From Eledone cirrhosa (lineage: Eukaryota), in the NCBI GenBank assembly GCA_964016885.1, contig OZ024747.1, positions 90,892,001 to 90,956,000 on the forward strand: 64,000 nucleotides of DNA, given 5' to 3'. Below are positions 16,267 to 28,291 of this stretch, in pieces (the stretch's first letter is position 1; each line of letters opens with the position of its first letter). A program made the position numbers and the translations under genes. Below the pieces are notes generated by a model, which worked only from the letters and a program-made list of their open reading frames with translations, ran no database searches and was not told the DNA's origin.

Positions 16267-16620
16267 CCGTATTTCCCGGCGTCGAAGACGCTACTTTTTT
16301 CCTAAATTAGGTCTCAAAAATTTAAAATGTGTGCTGGAGGCCAAAGGTTGTTTATTATTTTTGGATTGGCAGTGTCGGTAGAGGGTCGGACGCCATGCTT
16401 TCCAGAATAGTTACGTCCCTTTACGATCTGAGTTCAAATCCCGCGAGGTTGACTTTGCCTTTCATCCTTACGGGGTCGATAAAATAAAGTACCAGTAATG
16501 TACTGGGTAATTGCTGGCCTTGTGCCTAAAGTAGAAACAATTTTTTCTTTTTCTAATTTTTGGTTGTCAAAATTATGGTGCGTCCTCGAGGACGAAGCGC
16601 CTTCGGCGCCGAGGAATACG
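16267..16620. mobile_element. pogo/Tc1-type MITE interrupted by a + strand SINE A (16363-16541)
   Basis: Imperfect TIR CGTATTTCCCGGCGTCGAAGACGC / GCGCCTTCGGCGCCGAGGAATACG. Confidence 0.6.
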
Positions 16621-16870
16621 TTAATTGAAATTCTTTGCATACGTCATTAAGAACATTATGTGTTAACATATTTGTTTAAAGCTAAAATTATGGTTCAACC
16701 ACTGACCCCCTGAGCTATCCTTACACAATCTAATGCACGATATAGGGTGTGTTTCCTACAGCTGCTTTATATAGATCAATCATTCAGCTTTACATAAATT
16801 TCCCACTGACATAAAATACATTTTAGTAGTTGCAGTCATATTTACTGTTACCTTGCTTAACAATATTATT

Positions 16871-17046
16871 CAGTATCGGTAGAGGGTTGGACGCCATGCT
16901 TTCCAGCGTAGTTACTTCCCTCTACAATCTGAGTTCAAATCCCGCCGAGGTTAACATTGCCTTTCATCCTTACGGAGTCGATAAAATAAATACCAGTAAT
17001 ACACTGGGATAATTGCTGGCCTTGTGCCAAAAGTAGAAACAATTAT
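16871..17046 (+). mobile_element. SINE A
   Basis: Consensus match. Confidence 0.85.
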
Positions 17047-17927
17047 TGTTTCAAACTGTTATAGAAATGGTTTTTGGTGTCTTTGTCGTGTTTAATTGTG
17101 GCACTCATTAACGAGCTTATAGTAGCTAACTTTTAGATTTTGTAGAGCAGATTAAATAGTTTGGTATGTCTGTGTCATGTTTCCGAATCAGATGTAGCAA
17201 TTGTCATTGTTTTTGGTAAGTTATGAAGTGTTGAGCCTTATGATAAGTGTTTGTGTGTTTATGTTTGTATAAGTGTGTGATGTGTGTGTGTGTGAGTGTG
17301 TGTGTGTGTTAGTTTCATTTATTGTGGTTGGTTCATGTTTTGGCTTAAACTTAGTTTTTTCTTCATATTATTTACACTTTGCGTATAGGAAGGTCTCTCC
17401 GGAACTAGGAGTGGGGATGGTGAGTGTATTACTTGGCCGTGAGGGCGGTCGTGTCTCAAAAAGTTTGATAATCTGTGATCTAAAATGTTAAACCTAGATC
17501 TACATTTATTCAACCGGATCCCCAATGTCCAAACCTTCAAAGTAGCCCATTCTAACAGTAAATTGATCGTTGGTGTATTTCACCATTGCGCAGTCTCTGT
17601 TGAAAAGCAGTGACTTCCTGGTATATATATCTAAGTCAACGTTGTTATCATCAATATCACTATGTGATATTCAAGATTGCAAGTTATTGTTAAGGAGTGG
17701 CCAGGAAATTGACAGATAGAACTCGACAATATCGAACTGGCTGAGTTTAGATTTATTTTGATCGCTCCACCTGCTAAATTAGTTAACTACTACACTGGTG
17801 GCATTTCTAATTTTATCATGAATGTGGCTAAGTTATTTGCTATCTACAACAAATACACCCTTGGCATGATTTATTAACCAGCATTGAAAATTAGTGTTAG
17901 CATTCTACTTGTGGTATTTACAAGTAC

Positions 17928-18232
17928 CAGTCGCTCTCCGATAGGTTTGCGGTTGGCAGTGGAGACCTCTGGTATCCTTGGCCCTAGGGCCACCTCCCTA
18001 CTGACCACCATAGGTGCTGAGCTGGCCAGCCTCGCCAGTTGGAATGGCTCTCCCTTACCATCTTCCGGGGAAATGCCTGCTCCATTCTGTCCGCCGGGGC
18101 TGTGGGGAGGCCAGGGCGTGCAACCCCATTTGCTCACCACAGAGAGAGATGGGGAAGGCGACAGAGATGGAGGTGATGACAGTGGGAGTTCGGCTCTTCC
18201 ACGTTCGGACCATATCCTTGTGGTTGTGTTCA
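17928..18232 (+). mobile_element. CRE-like LINE 3' end with 3' UTR (second copy on - at ~21550-21735)
   Basis: LAVETSGILGPRATSLLTTIG; 18050-18230 matches the reverse complement of 21550-21732. Confidence 0.6.
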
Positions 18233-18690
18233 TTATCTATAGTTTCCACACACATTTTTACAGAACATTTCCTTTGCGTCGCAAAATAATGCTACAATAT
18301 CATTGTTTTCTTAATGACTTTACGTATACTCCGTATTTGGATATACACTGTACTGTCTTACCTAATTTTAGTTTCGTGGTTTATGTTACGCAGATGTTTC
18401 TGTTAAAATATCTGATAATTTTGTGTGATGAGAATCATAAAAAACATAGCGGATGCGTCATTGTTAGTTTGGACATGCTTTTTGTCTTGTCGGAAATGGC
18501 ATCTTTTAAATCGTCAACATGTAACATTTCATTTAAAAATGAAATTGCTACTGCACATCGAAAAATACTACATTGCTGGGTTTTTCCAAGAATTCCAATT
18601 CAAAGTTCTTGAGTATATTCTTCCGGGGTTGCATGATTGTTCTTGTAAAAGGGTGCGGTTCCAACACATTTGTTTGATGATATTTTTTTA

Positions 18691-18760
<70 letters not shown>

Positions 18761-18787
18761 CGTGTGCGTAGGCGCGTGTGTGTGTGT

Positions 18788-18825
<38 letters not shown>

Positions 18826-18904
18826 GCGTGCGTGTGTGTGTGTGTGCGTGTGTGCGTGTGTGTGTGTGTGTGTGCGCGCGCGTGCGTGCGTGCGTGCGCG
18901 TGTG

Positions 18905-19120
18905 TACGATGTAGTGCTGAAAAGTTCTTGGCTTTGGTTAAAAGAAAATACAAGAAGATCAGTTAATTATGATTTTATTCAACATATTCCACACACTTAT
19001 TGTATTATTGCAGCGGTCTTTCAGTTTTCCTAAGCCTTCTAAAAAGAACTCGGAAACTTGGGCCTCTCACCAAGCCTCTGTAGCAGCCATCAAGCCAGGA
19101 ACTTTTTAGGACCCCCTCAT
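18905..19120. mobile_element. Mariner-type MITE
   Basis: Imperfect TIR GTGCTGAAAAGTTCTTGGCTT / AAGCCAGGAACTTTTTAGGAC with TA flanks. Confidence 0.6.
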
Positions 19121-19198
<78 letters not shown>

Positions 19199-19249
19199 AT
19201 ATATATATAAATATATATTATATATATATATATATATAATATATATAAA

Positions 19250-19290
<41 letters not shown>

Positions 19291-19392
19291 GAATTTGTGG
19301 GTTACTTGAAGCATTGTATATGGTATAAAAAATTTGAAGTTTGAAAGCCACGACAATGCGTCCGTCCCTTCAATCTATCTTATTTCTCATTC

Positions 19393-19432
19393 TTTCTTCT
19401 GATGAAGGACTAGCGTCCGAAACGTTAAAACC
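19393..19432 (+). ncRNA. Minimal hammerhead ribozyme in a PLE pLTR-like remnant (~19286-19520)
   Basis: CUGAUGA-A-GGAC uagc GUCC-GAAA-CG-UU; perfect stem II, weak stem I. Confidence 0.7.
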
Positions 19433-19521
19433 CTCTTCCTGCTATTTCAAGCGTTAACCTAATATATTCCACCCATATACCGTACCGATTGTGTTGTTAT
19501 TTCTGTTTACCTTTTACATAC

Positions 19522-20009
<488 letters not shown>

Positions 20010-20013
<4 letters not shown>

Positions 20014-20311
20014 TGGTCTATACCGTAGTTAGAAATCAATGTAATCCGTTAGAATGTAGTTCAGTGAGTTCCTTTGATTGGTTCCTTTCGGTATTAGGTA
20101 CGAAATCATAGGTTTGTATCTTTTAGATACAGAGTCTGATATATTACATATAGTTTTTATAACAATAATAACAAAGGCAAGTTATTTTACACATCCTATT
20201 CATTGTTTTACGATCGTTTCGGAGGGTTGATCATATTGATATATTGACTGATATATAACAGTTATAGAATTGTATACTATCAGACATAATATATGGGTTC
20301 GATCATACCGT

Positions 20312-20315
<4 letters not shown>
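20010..20315 (-). mobile_element. PLE pLTR-like remnant with 5'-truncated hammerhead (long stem II)
   Basis: Minus strand reads ..AAGA-CGG...long hairpin...CC-GAAA-CGAUCG-UA-AAAAC; same stem III as the 27625-27765 ribozyme. Confidence 0.5.
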
Positions 20316-20367
<52 letters not shown>

Positions 20368-20442
20368 AAAATAGTTCAGGACCCCAACGGCTGAGCTCCG
20401 GCAGTTTCGACCGCTCCAGCCGATATATATGAATATATATGA

Positions 20443-20485
<43 letters not shown>

Positions 20486-20696
20486 ATTGTGTATGTATGC
20501 GTAAGAACGTCAGCGCTTGCACAGAGGAAGTTGATTTATTACAGGTGCGTGTGAACAAAGATAATGAGTAATTTAACTTACTCTTATCTGTAATTTGAAA
20601 CTAAATCCAACAGAATTGTTGACATGGCGTAAACTAACTTCATTGTTGTCATTTAGCTGCAGGTCAGGCTTTATCGACACTTCGATATATTTAGAC

Positions 20697-21388
20697 CAGC
20701 GGTACTCAAAAGTTTTGGGCCACCACCCCCTCACAGCCACGTAATACCCTCAGCGCCCCCCACCCTATTTCCAGAGAGACCTACCTACTTGCAAATCGTA
20801 AATAATATACAATAAATAAAATTGTTAATCTATATATAATATAATATATATTTAGTATAAATATATATTATATTATATATAATATATATTTACGTCCCTT
20901 TACGATCTGAGTTCAAATCCCGCCGAGGTTGACTTTGCCTTTCATCCTTACGGGGTCGATAAAATAAAGTACCAGTAATGCATTGGGTAATTGCTGGCCT
21001 TGTGCCTAAAGTAGAAACAATTATATTTATATATAGAAATTTGTCGATCGACTTTCGTCAAATCGGGCCGAGGAAACAATGTTTCCGTTGGTCTTTCCAA
21101 TTGCTAATACTATCTATCAGTCGCAACTCCCGATAGAAGGAGCAACGTGAAATAAAGTGTCTTGCTCAAGGACATAACGCATCGCCCAGTCCAGGAATCA
21201 AACTCACAACCTCATGATTGCGAATCCAATTCTCTAACCAATCAGCCACATGCCTTCATTAATTTATATATATCTATTATTTGATATTAATATACTATTA
21301 TATCATCCTTACCACCACCTACAGGCCCCCTGGACCTTCTCAATGCTCCCACCCCGGGAGGTGGTAGCGTCCACATTGAGAACCTCTG
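20697..21388. mobile_element. hAT/Charlie-type non-autonomous element with nested SINE A (20892-21022 +) and SINE B (21040-21258 -)
   Basis: TIR CAGCGGTACTCAA / TTGAGAACCTCTG; degenerate 8-bp TSD ATTTAGAC/ATTGAGAT. Confidence 0.6.
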
Positions 21389-21959
21389 ATTGAGATAGTC
21401 AGACATGGTGTATCGTATCGAGGGAGAAAGTGCTCTAAAACAAATGCGAAATGAATGTGTAAAAAGTTTCAGAAAATGTTTAACACTTCTGAACAGTAAT
21501 TGGCAAAGTGCGTGGTAACATGTATGACCAGATTCATTAACTGCTTAATAAACACAACCACAAGGATATGGTCCTAGCGTGGAAGAGCCGAACTCTCACT
21601 CTCATCACCTCCATCTCTCTCGCACTCCCCATCTCTGCGTATGGTGAGCAAATGGGGTCCCACGTGCTGGTCTCCCCACAGCCCCGGCGGACAGAATGGA
21701 GACGGCGTTTCCCCGGAGGATGGTAAGGGAGATGCGTTAGGGGGACGAATTGGTAGAGTCGTTAAAATGTCGGATAGGATGCTTCAAATATCACCGTCAA
21801 TTCTAGGTCGATAAATAAAGTTCCAAGTGCTGGGGTTTATTCTTCCTCTATATCTCTTTCTCGTTGCCATTTTATTACTCTCTATCCTTCTCTAGAAGAA
21901 ATCTAGTCCTGGGAAAGAAAGAAAACAAGTACAATAAAGACAAATGGAATGATAGTCTA

Positions 21960-22595
21960 TGGCAGACGATAGAGAGAGAGAAAGACAAATAACAGACGAT
22001 AGAGAGAGAGAAAGACAAATAACAGACGATAGAGAGAGAGAAAGGAATGATAATGAGTGAAATAAATAAAGTGACAATGAATGAAAGAATGAAAGGAAGA
22101 ATGAATAAAAAAATGAAAGAAAGAAAGAAAGAATGAAAGAATGAAAGGAAGAATGAGTGAAAGAATGAAAGAAAGAATGAAAGAAAGAATGAAAGAAAGA
22201 ATGAAAGAAAGAATGAAAGAAAGAATGAAAGAAAGAATGAAAGAATGAAAGAATGAGGGAAAGAATGAAAAGAAGAATGAGTGAAAGAATGAAAGAATGA
22301 AAGGAAGAACGAGTGAAAGAATGAAAGGAAGAAAGAAAGAATGAAAGAATGAAAGAATGAAAGAATGAAAGGAAGAATGAGTGAAAGAAAGGAGGAAAGA
22401 AAGAATGAAAGAATGAAAAGAAGAAAGAGTGAAATAATAAAATGAAGAAAAGTTGAAAGAATAAAAGGAAGAATGAATGAAAGAATGAAAAGAAGAAAGA
22501 GTGAACGAATGAAAAGAAGAAAGAGCGAATTAATAAAAGGAAGAATGAGTGAAAGAATGAAAGAAAGAAAGAGTGGAAGAATGAACGAAAGAAGT
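21960..22595 (+). repeat. Purine-rich (GAAT/GAAA)n low-complexity repeat
   Basis: Direct inspection. Confidence 0.9.
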
Positions 22596-22621
22596 CGACC
22601 CTAAATATGACTAATAACTCT

Positions 22622-23030
22622 AGGAAAGCCATGAACGCCACCACATCTTTTTAACTTTGATTTTGAAAGTAGGTTTATAATTATCAATTTTCATTATACT
22701 TATGTAGCTGACTTGGTGGCCTAGTTGGGTGAATCATAGACCATGGTGAACCTGGTCTGAAGTTCGATCCTAGTCGGGAGTAGGGTTCCCGGTAAACCTT
22801 TTCAGTTTTTTTATATTTGTTGTAAAATAAAATCTGAAAATGGTTATATGTACCTCTTGACCAGGATTGAACCCTTGACCAGGATTGAACACAAGGCCAG
22901 GATATCCACCGTCTCTAGTACTTACCGCTAGGCCACAGAGACAACTACTAAAATCTTATGAAAATTCATACTTGTAAACCTACTTATAAATTTTTAAACC
23001 AAAGTATTGTGGTGTACTTCATGTCTTCCT
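22622..23030. mobile_element. Palindromic non-autonomous element with two convergent tRNA-like Pol III units (possibly Kolobok-related)
   Basis: Termini AGGAAAGCCATGAACGCCACCACA and the reverse complement AGGAAGACATGAAGTACACCACA; each arm has an A box (TGGCCTAG.(T)GG), a B box (GTTC.ATCC) and TTTTCAG; TTAA at the right end. Confidence 0.6.
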
Positions 23031-23213
23031 TAATGTTATTGCTCCTACTTAAGGTCGACTTCTAAATCATTTTGGTGTTCCATAAACTACATCCTCATTT
23101 TGTTTCACATCTATCTAGACTATATTTTAGCCTGCAATCCATGTTTCATTTCTGTTGCACCTCATTACTCCAGAGACTTTCAATAATGACCTTTGGTCTT
23201 TCACACTCACTCA

Positions 23214-23283
<70 letters not shown>

Positions 23284-23365
23284 ACCACCTTCACCACTAA
23301 TGAATATGACAGATGTCTTTAACCCATTGATACCAACTATTATTTGATCGGTAGTTCGTGTGTAA

Positions 23366-23404
<39 letters not shown>

Positions 23405-23421
23405 TATATATATATATATAT

Positions 23422-23489
<68 letters not shown>

Positions 23490-23864
23490 TTGTGTGTCTG
23501 TGTCTATATATGTATGTTTGCATGCATAAATGAATAGACTAAGCTTTAGATTTAGTAGAATGTACAACAACTGATTCCAGCAATTTCCACTGTCGTATAT
23601 TTTGGTTTCTAGTAATTTCCGGGGAAATTGGTTGACCAAATGCTTTGATTAATTGTTTTATTTACTTTTAAAAACAATTTATTCTTTCTCTTAGAAGGTA
23701 AGTACTTTTTGAAAGCAAAGCATTGGCCCCTAAAATACTACAGTGGGCTCTGCAATACTACCGTGGGTTCTTGCAATGCTACTGAGGCCCACTTGCCATT
23801 GGGCAACCTGGCAACCTGGCCAGTCCGCCACTGACTATATATAATCATATAGATATATATATAG

Positions 23865-24948
23865 ATAACTTTCTTTTTATTTGCCACCAGGGCGTCAAAG
23901 AGTGGGACAAGTACAATGGGGGGAGTTTACATAAAAAGGCGTCCTCAATAGGGAGGAGGCAATAACAAAATAACAAAATATAAGATATAAAATATAACAA
24001 AAATAAATTGAATAACAAAATCCTCAATAGGGAGGAAGCGCCTTGGGGGGTCGCCCCCCCCCAAAAAAAAAGTGTGCTACCCTTCTCCTCAGGAGCACAG
24101 AGAGAGGGTGCTCCCTTGATCTTTCATCTTTCTCACCTACAGTCTGATGTAGAGTGAATGCCCATTCACACGGGCCATTCTCGCCTCTTTCACCCATCTT
24201 TCATAAAAACGGCTGGGGTTCAGCACCTCTCTCTCCATCCTGATTCTTCTTCCTAAATAATTGTTTCTACTTTAGGCTCAAGGCCAGCAATTACCCAGTG
24301 CATTACTGGTACTTTATTTTATCGACCCCGTAAGGATGAAAGGCAAAGTCAACCTCGGCGGGATTTGAACTCAGATCGTAAAGGGACGTAACTATGCTGG
24401 AAAGCATGGCGTCCGACCCTCCACCGACACTGCCAATCCACCGGAAGAAACGGACCAGTTGTTGGCCAGAGAGAAAGGTGTCTGACCTCAGTCCTTTCAG
24501 ACGCGTTCACCATACAACCTCTTTCGCCATGGCTATTACGCACAGAAACACCGCCTCTCCTTCGTTTTTGAAGAGGGGAGGCGGCTTGATCGTTACAATA
24601 GCCTCGGTGGTCAACCGGATCGGTCCCACCCGTGACAGCAGTCGTTCGACATAGCCCCACAGATCGGCAATACCCGAGCAGTGTACCAATGCGTGTGCAA
24701 CGGTTACCTCGTCGCACCCGCATCCGGGACAGATCTTTTTCGAGGGGTCCCTACCCGGGCGCCCGTGTCTGCAGAGCCTTTCTCGAACGGGCAGAGCTCC
24801 TCGGTAGCACTGCCAGGCCAGGGACCTCTGGAAGTTATCCATAGGTCCCGGGCTGAATGTCCTACCGAACAGGTTGGCCAGTTCGTTTTCCTCCATGCCT
24901 AGGGCTTCTCCGAGGGCGTCGTCGCACCTGCTAACCACCAGCCCTCTA
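23865..24948 (-). mobile_element. 5'-truncated Tx1/L1-clade LINE 3' end interrupted by SINE A (24258-24443)
   Basis: ORF 24507-24938 is clearly homologous to the C-terminus of ORF2 at 51518-52150 (MDNFQ.S.AWQCYRGALPV, CPGC..ETV.HAL). Confidence 0.85.
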
Positions 24949-25065
24949 TATAGATAGATAGATATCTTTCTTTATAGGATGGATAAATAAAGAGACAAAT
25001 AACTATGATAGATTTATAGGCAGGTAGGTAGATAGGTATGTGTGTGTATGTATATATATATGAAT

Positions 25066-25233
25066 ATATAGAAATGGATTCTACAGGACCAGAACTCTTT
25101 CATATATATATGTATATATACATAGGCTTTCCTGACGATTTCTCTCGAATGAGACAGTTCTAGTCCTGTAGAAGCTATTTCTATATTAAATATTTATACT
25201 CTGCTATGTATTGAGTACCTTAACCCGGGATAA

Positions 25234-25277
<44 letters not shown>

Positions 25278-25412
25278 CCCCGGGTTCAATCGGAGATAAC
25301 CACAGTAAGTAAGGTACTCAATACATTAGTAGAGTGTATACAATGAATTTAATGTAGAAATAGCTTCTACAGGACTAGAACTGTTTCATTCGAAGGAAAT
25401 CATCAGTAAAGC

Positions 25413-25415
<3 letters not shown>
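25066..25415. mobile_element. Cluster of three PLE pLTR-like fragments in alternating orientation with hammerhead-like motifs
   Basis: Plus strand 25125-25170: CUGACGA UUUCUCUCGAAU GAGAC AGUUC UAGUCC; minus strand 25372-25414: GGGCUUUA CUGAUGA UUUCCUUCGAAU GAAA CAGUUC UAGUCC. Confidence 0.55.
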
Positions 25416-25454
<39 letters not shown>

Positions 25455-25459
<5 letters not shown>

Positions 25460-25646
25460 AACAAGTATGACCCCGACGGCAGAGCTCAAGCCGTCTCGAC
25501 GGCTAACTCTGGACTGAATTAGCAGTCGAAACGGCTTGAGCTATGCCCTCGGGGTCATACTTGTTCCTATTACCCACTCAACCACCCTAAGTATTGAGTA
25601 CTTTGGTGCGTTATGGTCCATCTGGTTCCTTACCGCATTTCCTTCG

Positions 25647-25650
<4 letters not shown>
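25455..25650 (+). mobile_element. Second copy of the palindromic pLTR-like family (palindrome 25455-25570)
   Basis: Homologous to the reverse complement of 19755-19945. Confidence 0.75.
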
Positions 25651-25719
<69 letters not shown>

Positions 25720-25835
25720 ATATTAAATAAATGGAAACTATATTTATAAAACCATATTTATTTCATTATATATATTTCAGGGATATCATATTAAAAATAT
25801 GGTATGCCTTCATCAGACAAAATACAATATACAAT
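25720..25835 (-). mobile_element. Solo Naiad pLTR fragment containing the hammerhead
   Basis: Near-identical to 32598-32712, with a few substitutions. Confidence 0.85.
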
Positions 25836-25869
25836 ATATATATTTTTGTATATATATATATATATATTC

Positions 25870-26088
25870 TAGTCGATCGACTTTCGTCAAATCGGACCGA
25901 GGAAACTATGTTTCCGTTGGTCTTTCCAATTGCTAATACTATCTATCGGTCGCAACTCCAGGTAGAAGGAGCAACGTGAAATAAAGTGTCTTGCTCAAGG
26001 ACATAACGCATCGCCTGGTTCAGGAATCGAACTCACAACCTCACGATTGTGAATCCAATACTCTAACCACTCAGCCACACGCCTTCAC
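25870..26088 (-). mobile_element. SINE family B with tRNA head
   Basis: Minus strand GTGGCTGAGTGGTTAGAG...GAGTTCGATTCC...; similar to 21043-21258. Confidence 0.75.
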
Positions 26089-26108
26089 TAATATATATAT
26101 ATTATTCG

Positions 26109-26208
<100 letters not shown>

Positions 26209-26738
26209 GCACGTGCGTGTGTGTGTGTATCATACATAATACACACACACACACATATATATATATATACAGAGATAATGAGAGAGAGAGAGAGAGAGAG
26301 AGAATGATATCGCCGAGAGAGAGAGAGGTGGGTAGTGATATAGCTATCGTAATAATTACATTTTTTTTTTTGTTAATTTTTCTTTTCGTTTTTTTCTTCC
26401 AAAAACCAGCTCCGGACGTGTGTGAATGATTTGTTATAAGTGGTTTGAAATGAGAGGATCTAGCTTCCTTTCTATTGAGTTAGACAAGTGTGTCACCCAG
26501 CCTACCCCCTCTCAGTCGACCACTCTTCCTTATCCCCATGTGTCGGTCATGTATTTTCTTAATTAATCTCACTAACAAGCAACAGCCACGGCCACGTATT
26601 AATTATCGCCGCTTTGTTTGTTTGTTTCGAGCTGAAGTTCCTATATCGACTAAGTTAATGACAACTTTATTTCGTGAGAAACTGTTCCCATCTACATATA
26701 ACTGTTGTATGTCTGCCTCTCTCTCTCTCTCTCTCTCT

Positions 26739-26938
26739 NNNNNNNNNNNNNNNNNNNNNNNNNNNNNNNNNNNNNNNNNNNNNNNNNNNNNNNNNNNNNN
26801 NNNNNNNNNNNNNNNNNNNNNNNNNNNNNNNNNNNNNNNNNNNNNNNNNNNNNNNNNNNNNNNNNNNNNNNNNNNNNNNNNNNNNNNNNNNNNNNNNNNN
26901 NNNNNNNNNNNNNNNNNNNNNNNNNNNNNNNNNNNNNN
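26739..26938. other. Assembly gap (200 N) inside a (CT)n tract
   Basis: N run. Confidence 1.
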
Positions 26939-27011
26939 TCTCTCTCGCTCTCGCTCTCTCTCTCTCGCTCTCTCTCTCTCTGTCAGTCTCTCTCTCTTTC
27001 TCTCTGTGTGT

Positions 27012-27042
<31 letters not shown>

Positions 27043-27339
27043 CCCCCTCTCTCTCTCTCTCATTCTATCTTTCTATCTAGGTCTATTTTTTCTCTCTCTG
27101 TTTGTTTCACTCTCTCTCTCTCTGTCCCTCTCTCTCACCCCTCTCACACACTCTCACCCTCCCTCTCCACACTTGTTCTCTCACACAATCTGTGTTCTTT
27201 CAGTACCATGGATATACATGTTTGTCTCTCTATCTCGTTACCTCACTTTCCCTCTCTGTGTATGTGGCAATAATAGTCTTTTACACATACATAATATATA
27301 TATATATATATATGCGCATATATATATACATATATATGC

Positions 27340-27413
<74 letters not shown>

Positions 27414-27422
<9 letters not shown>

Positions 27423-27954
27423 TAAAGAAATAATGAATAAACAATTCCGTATATTAAACAAAAAAAGTTCATTATTTAACGATCGTTTCTAGGGTATATA
27501 TGTGTTATAATTGGTATGCATATTCAACAGATCTATGTACAAAATTATACAAAATTATACAAATTATCAAGATTAAATATACATACCTAACACATATATA
27601 CGCCGTCTTCAGAAATATTTATTTCTGAAGACGGCGTATATATGTGTTAGGTATGTATATTTAATCTTGATAATTTGTATAATTTTGTATAATTTTGTAC
27701 ATAGATCTGTTGAATATGCATACCAATTATAACACATATATACCCTAGAAACGATCGTTAAATAATGAACTTTTTTTGTTTAATATAAGGAATTGTTTAT
27801 TCATTATTTCTTTAATATTTTATCTTGACTCTGTATACCGTTTATCTTTCACTGAAAGTGGATTTTCATTACATCTCTTCTTTCCATGATATCCGGAATA
27901 CATTGAGTTCTTCATACGGATTGGACACTACCGTAAACTCTTGGTAGATTTATC

Positions 27955-27957
<3 letters not shown>
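27414..27957 (+). mobile_element. PLE pLTR-like remnant with ~410-bp near-perfect palindrome (27414-27823)
   Basis: ~204-bp arms with one mismatch, centre 27618-27619; the right arm continues to ~27957; (TA)n flanks. Confidence 0.8.
27619..27765 (+). ncRNA. Type I hammerhead ribozyme with ~115-nt stem II (mirror copy on - at ~27472-27617)
   Basis: UUAUUU-CUGAAGA-[GUAUAUAUGUGUUA...UAACACAUAUAUAC]-GAAA-CGAUCG-UU-AAAUAA; stem I UUAUUU/AAAUAA. Confidence 0.8.
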
Positions 27958-27995
<38 letters not shown>

Positions 27996-28092
27996 TTAAA
28001 AGAATAGAGGTGTAACACACGAGTTGTGATATATTGGTAAAAGGAAAAGAAAATGCTGACAAATTGTTCCAAGTGAAAAATAGTTTAATTAG

Positions 28093-28276
<184 letters not shown>

Positions 28277-28291
28277 ATATATATTTATATA

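Noticed and set aside
17884-18612. 242-aa ORF as a host gene
   Set aside because: It has a non-ATG start and fuses a CRE-like remnant to AT-rich non-coding sequence.
22706-22780. Functional tRNA gene
   Set aside because: A and B boxes are present, but I could not build a proper cloverleaf; treated as tRNA-like.
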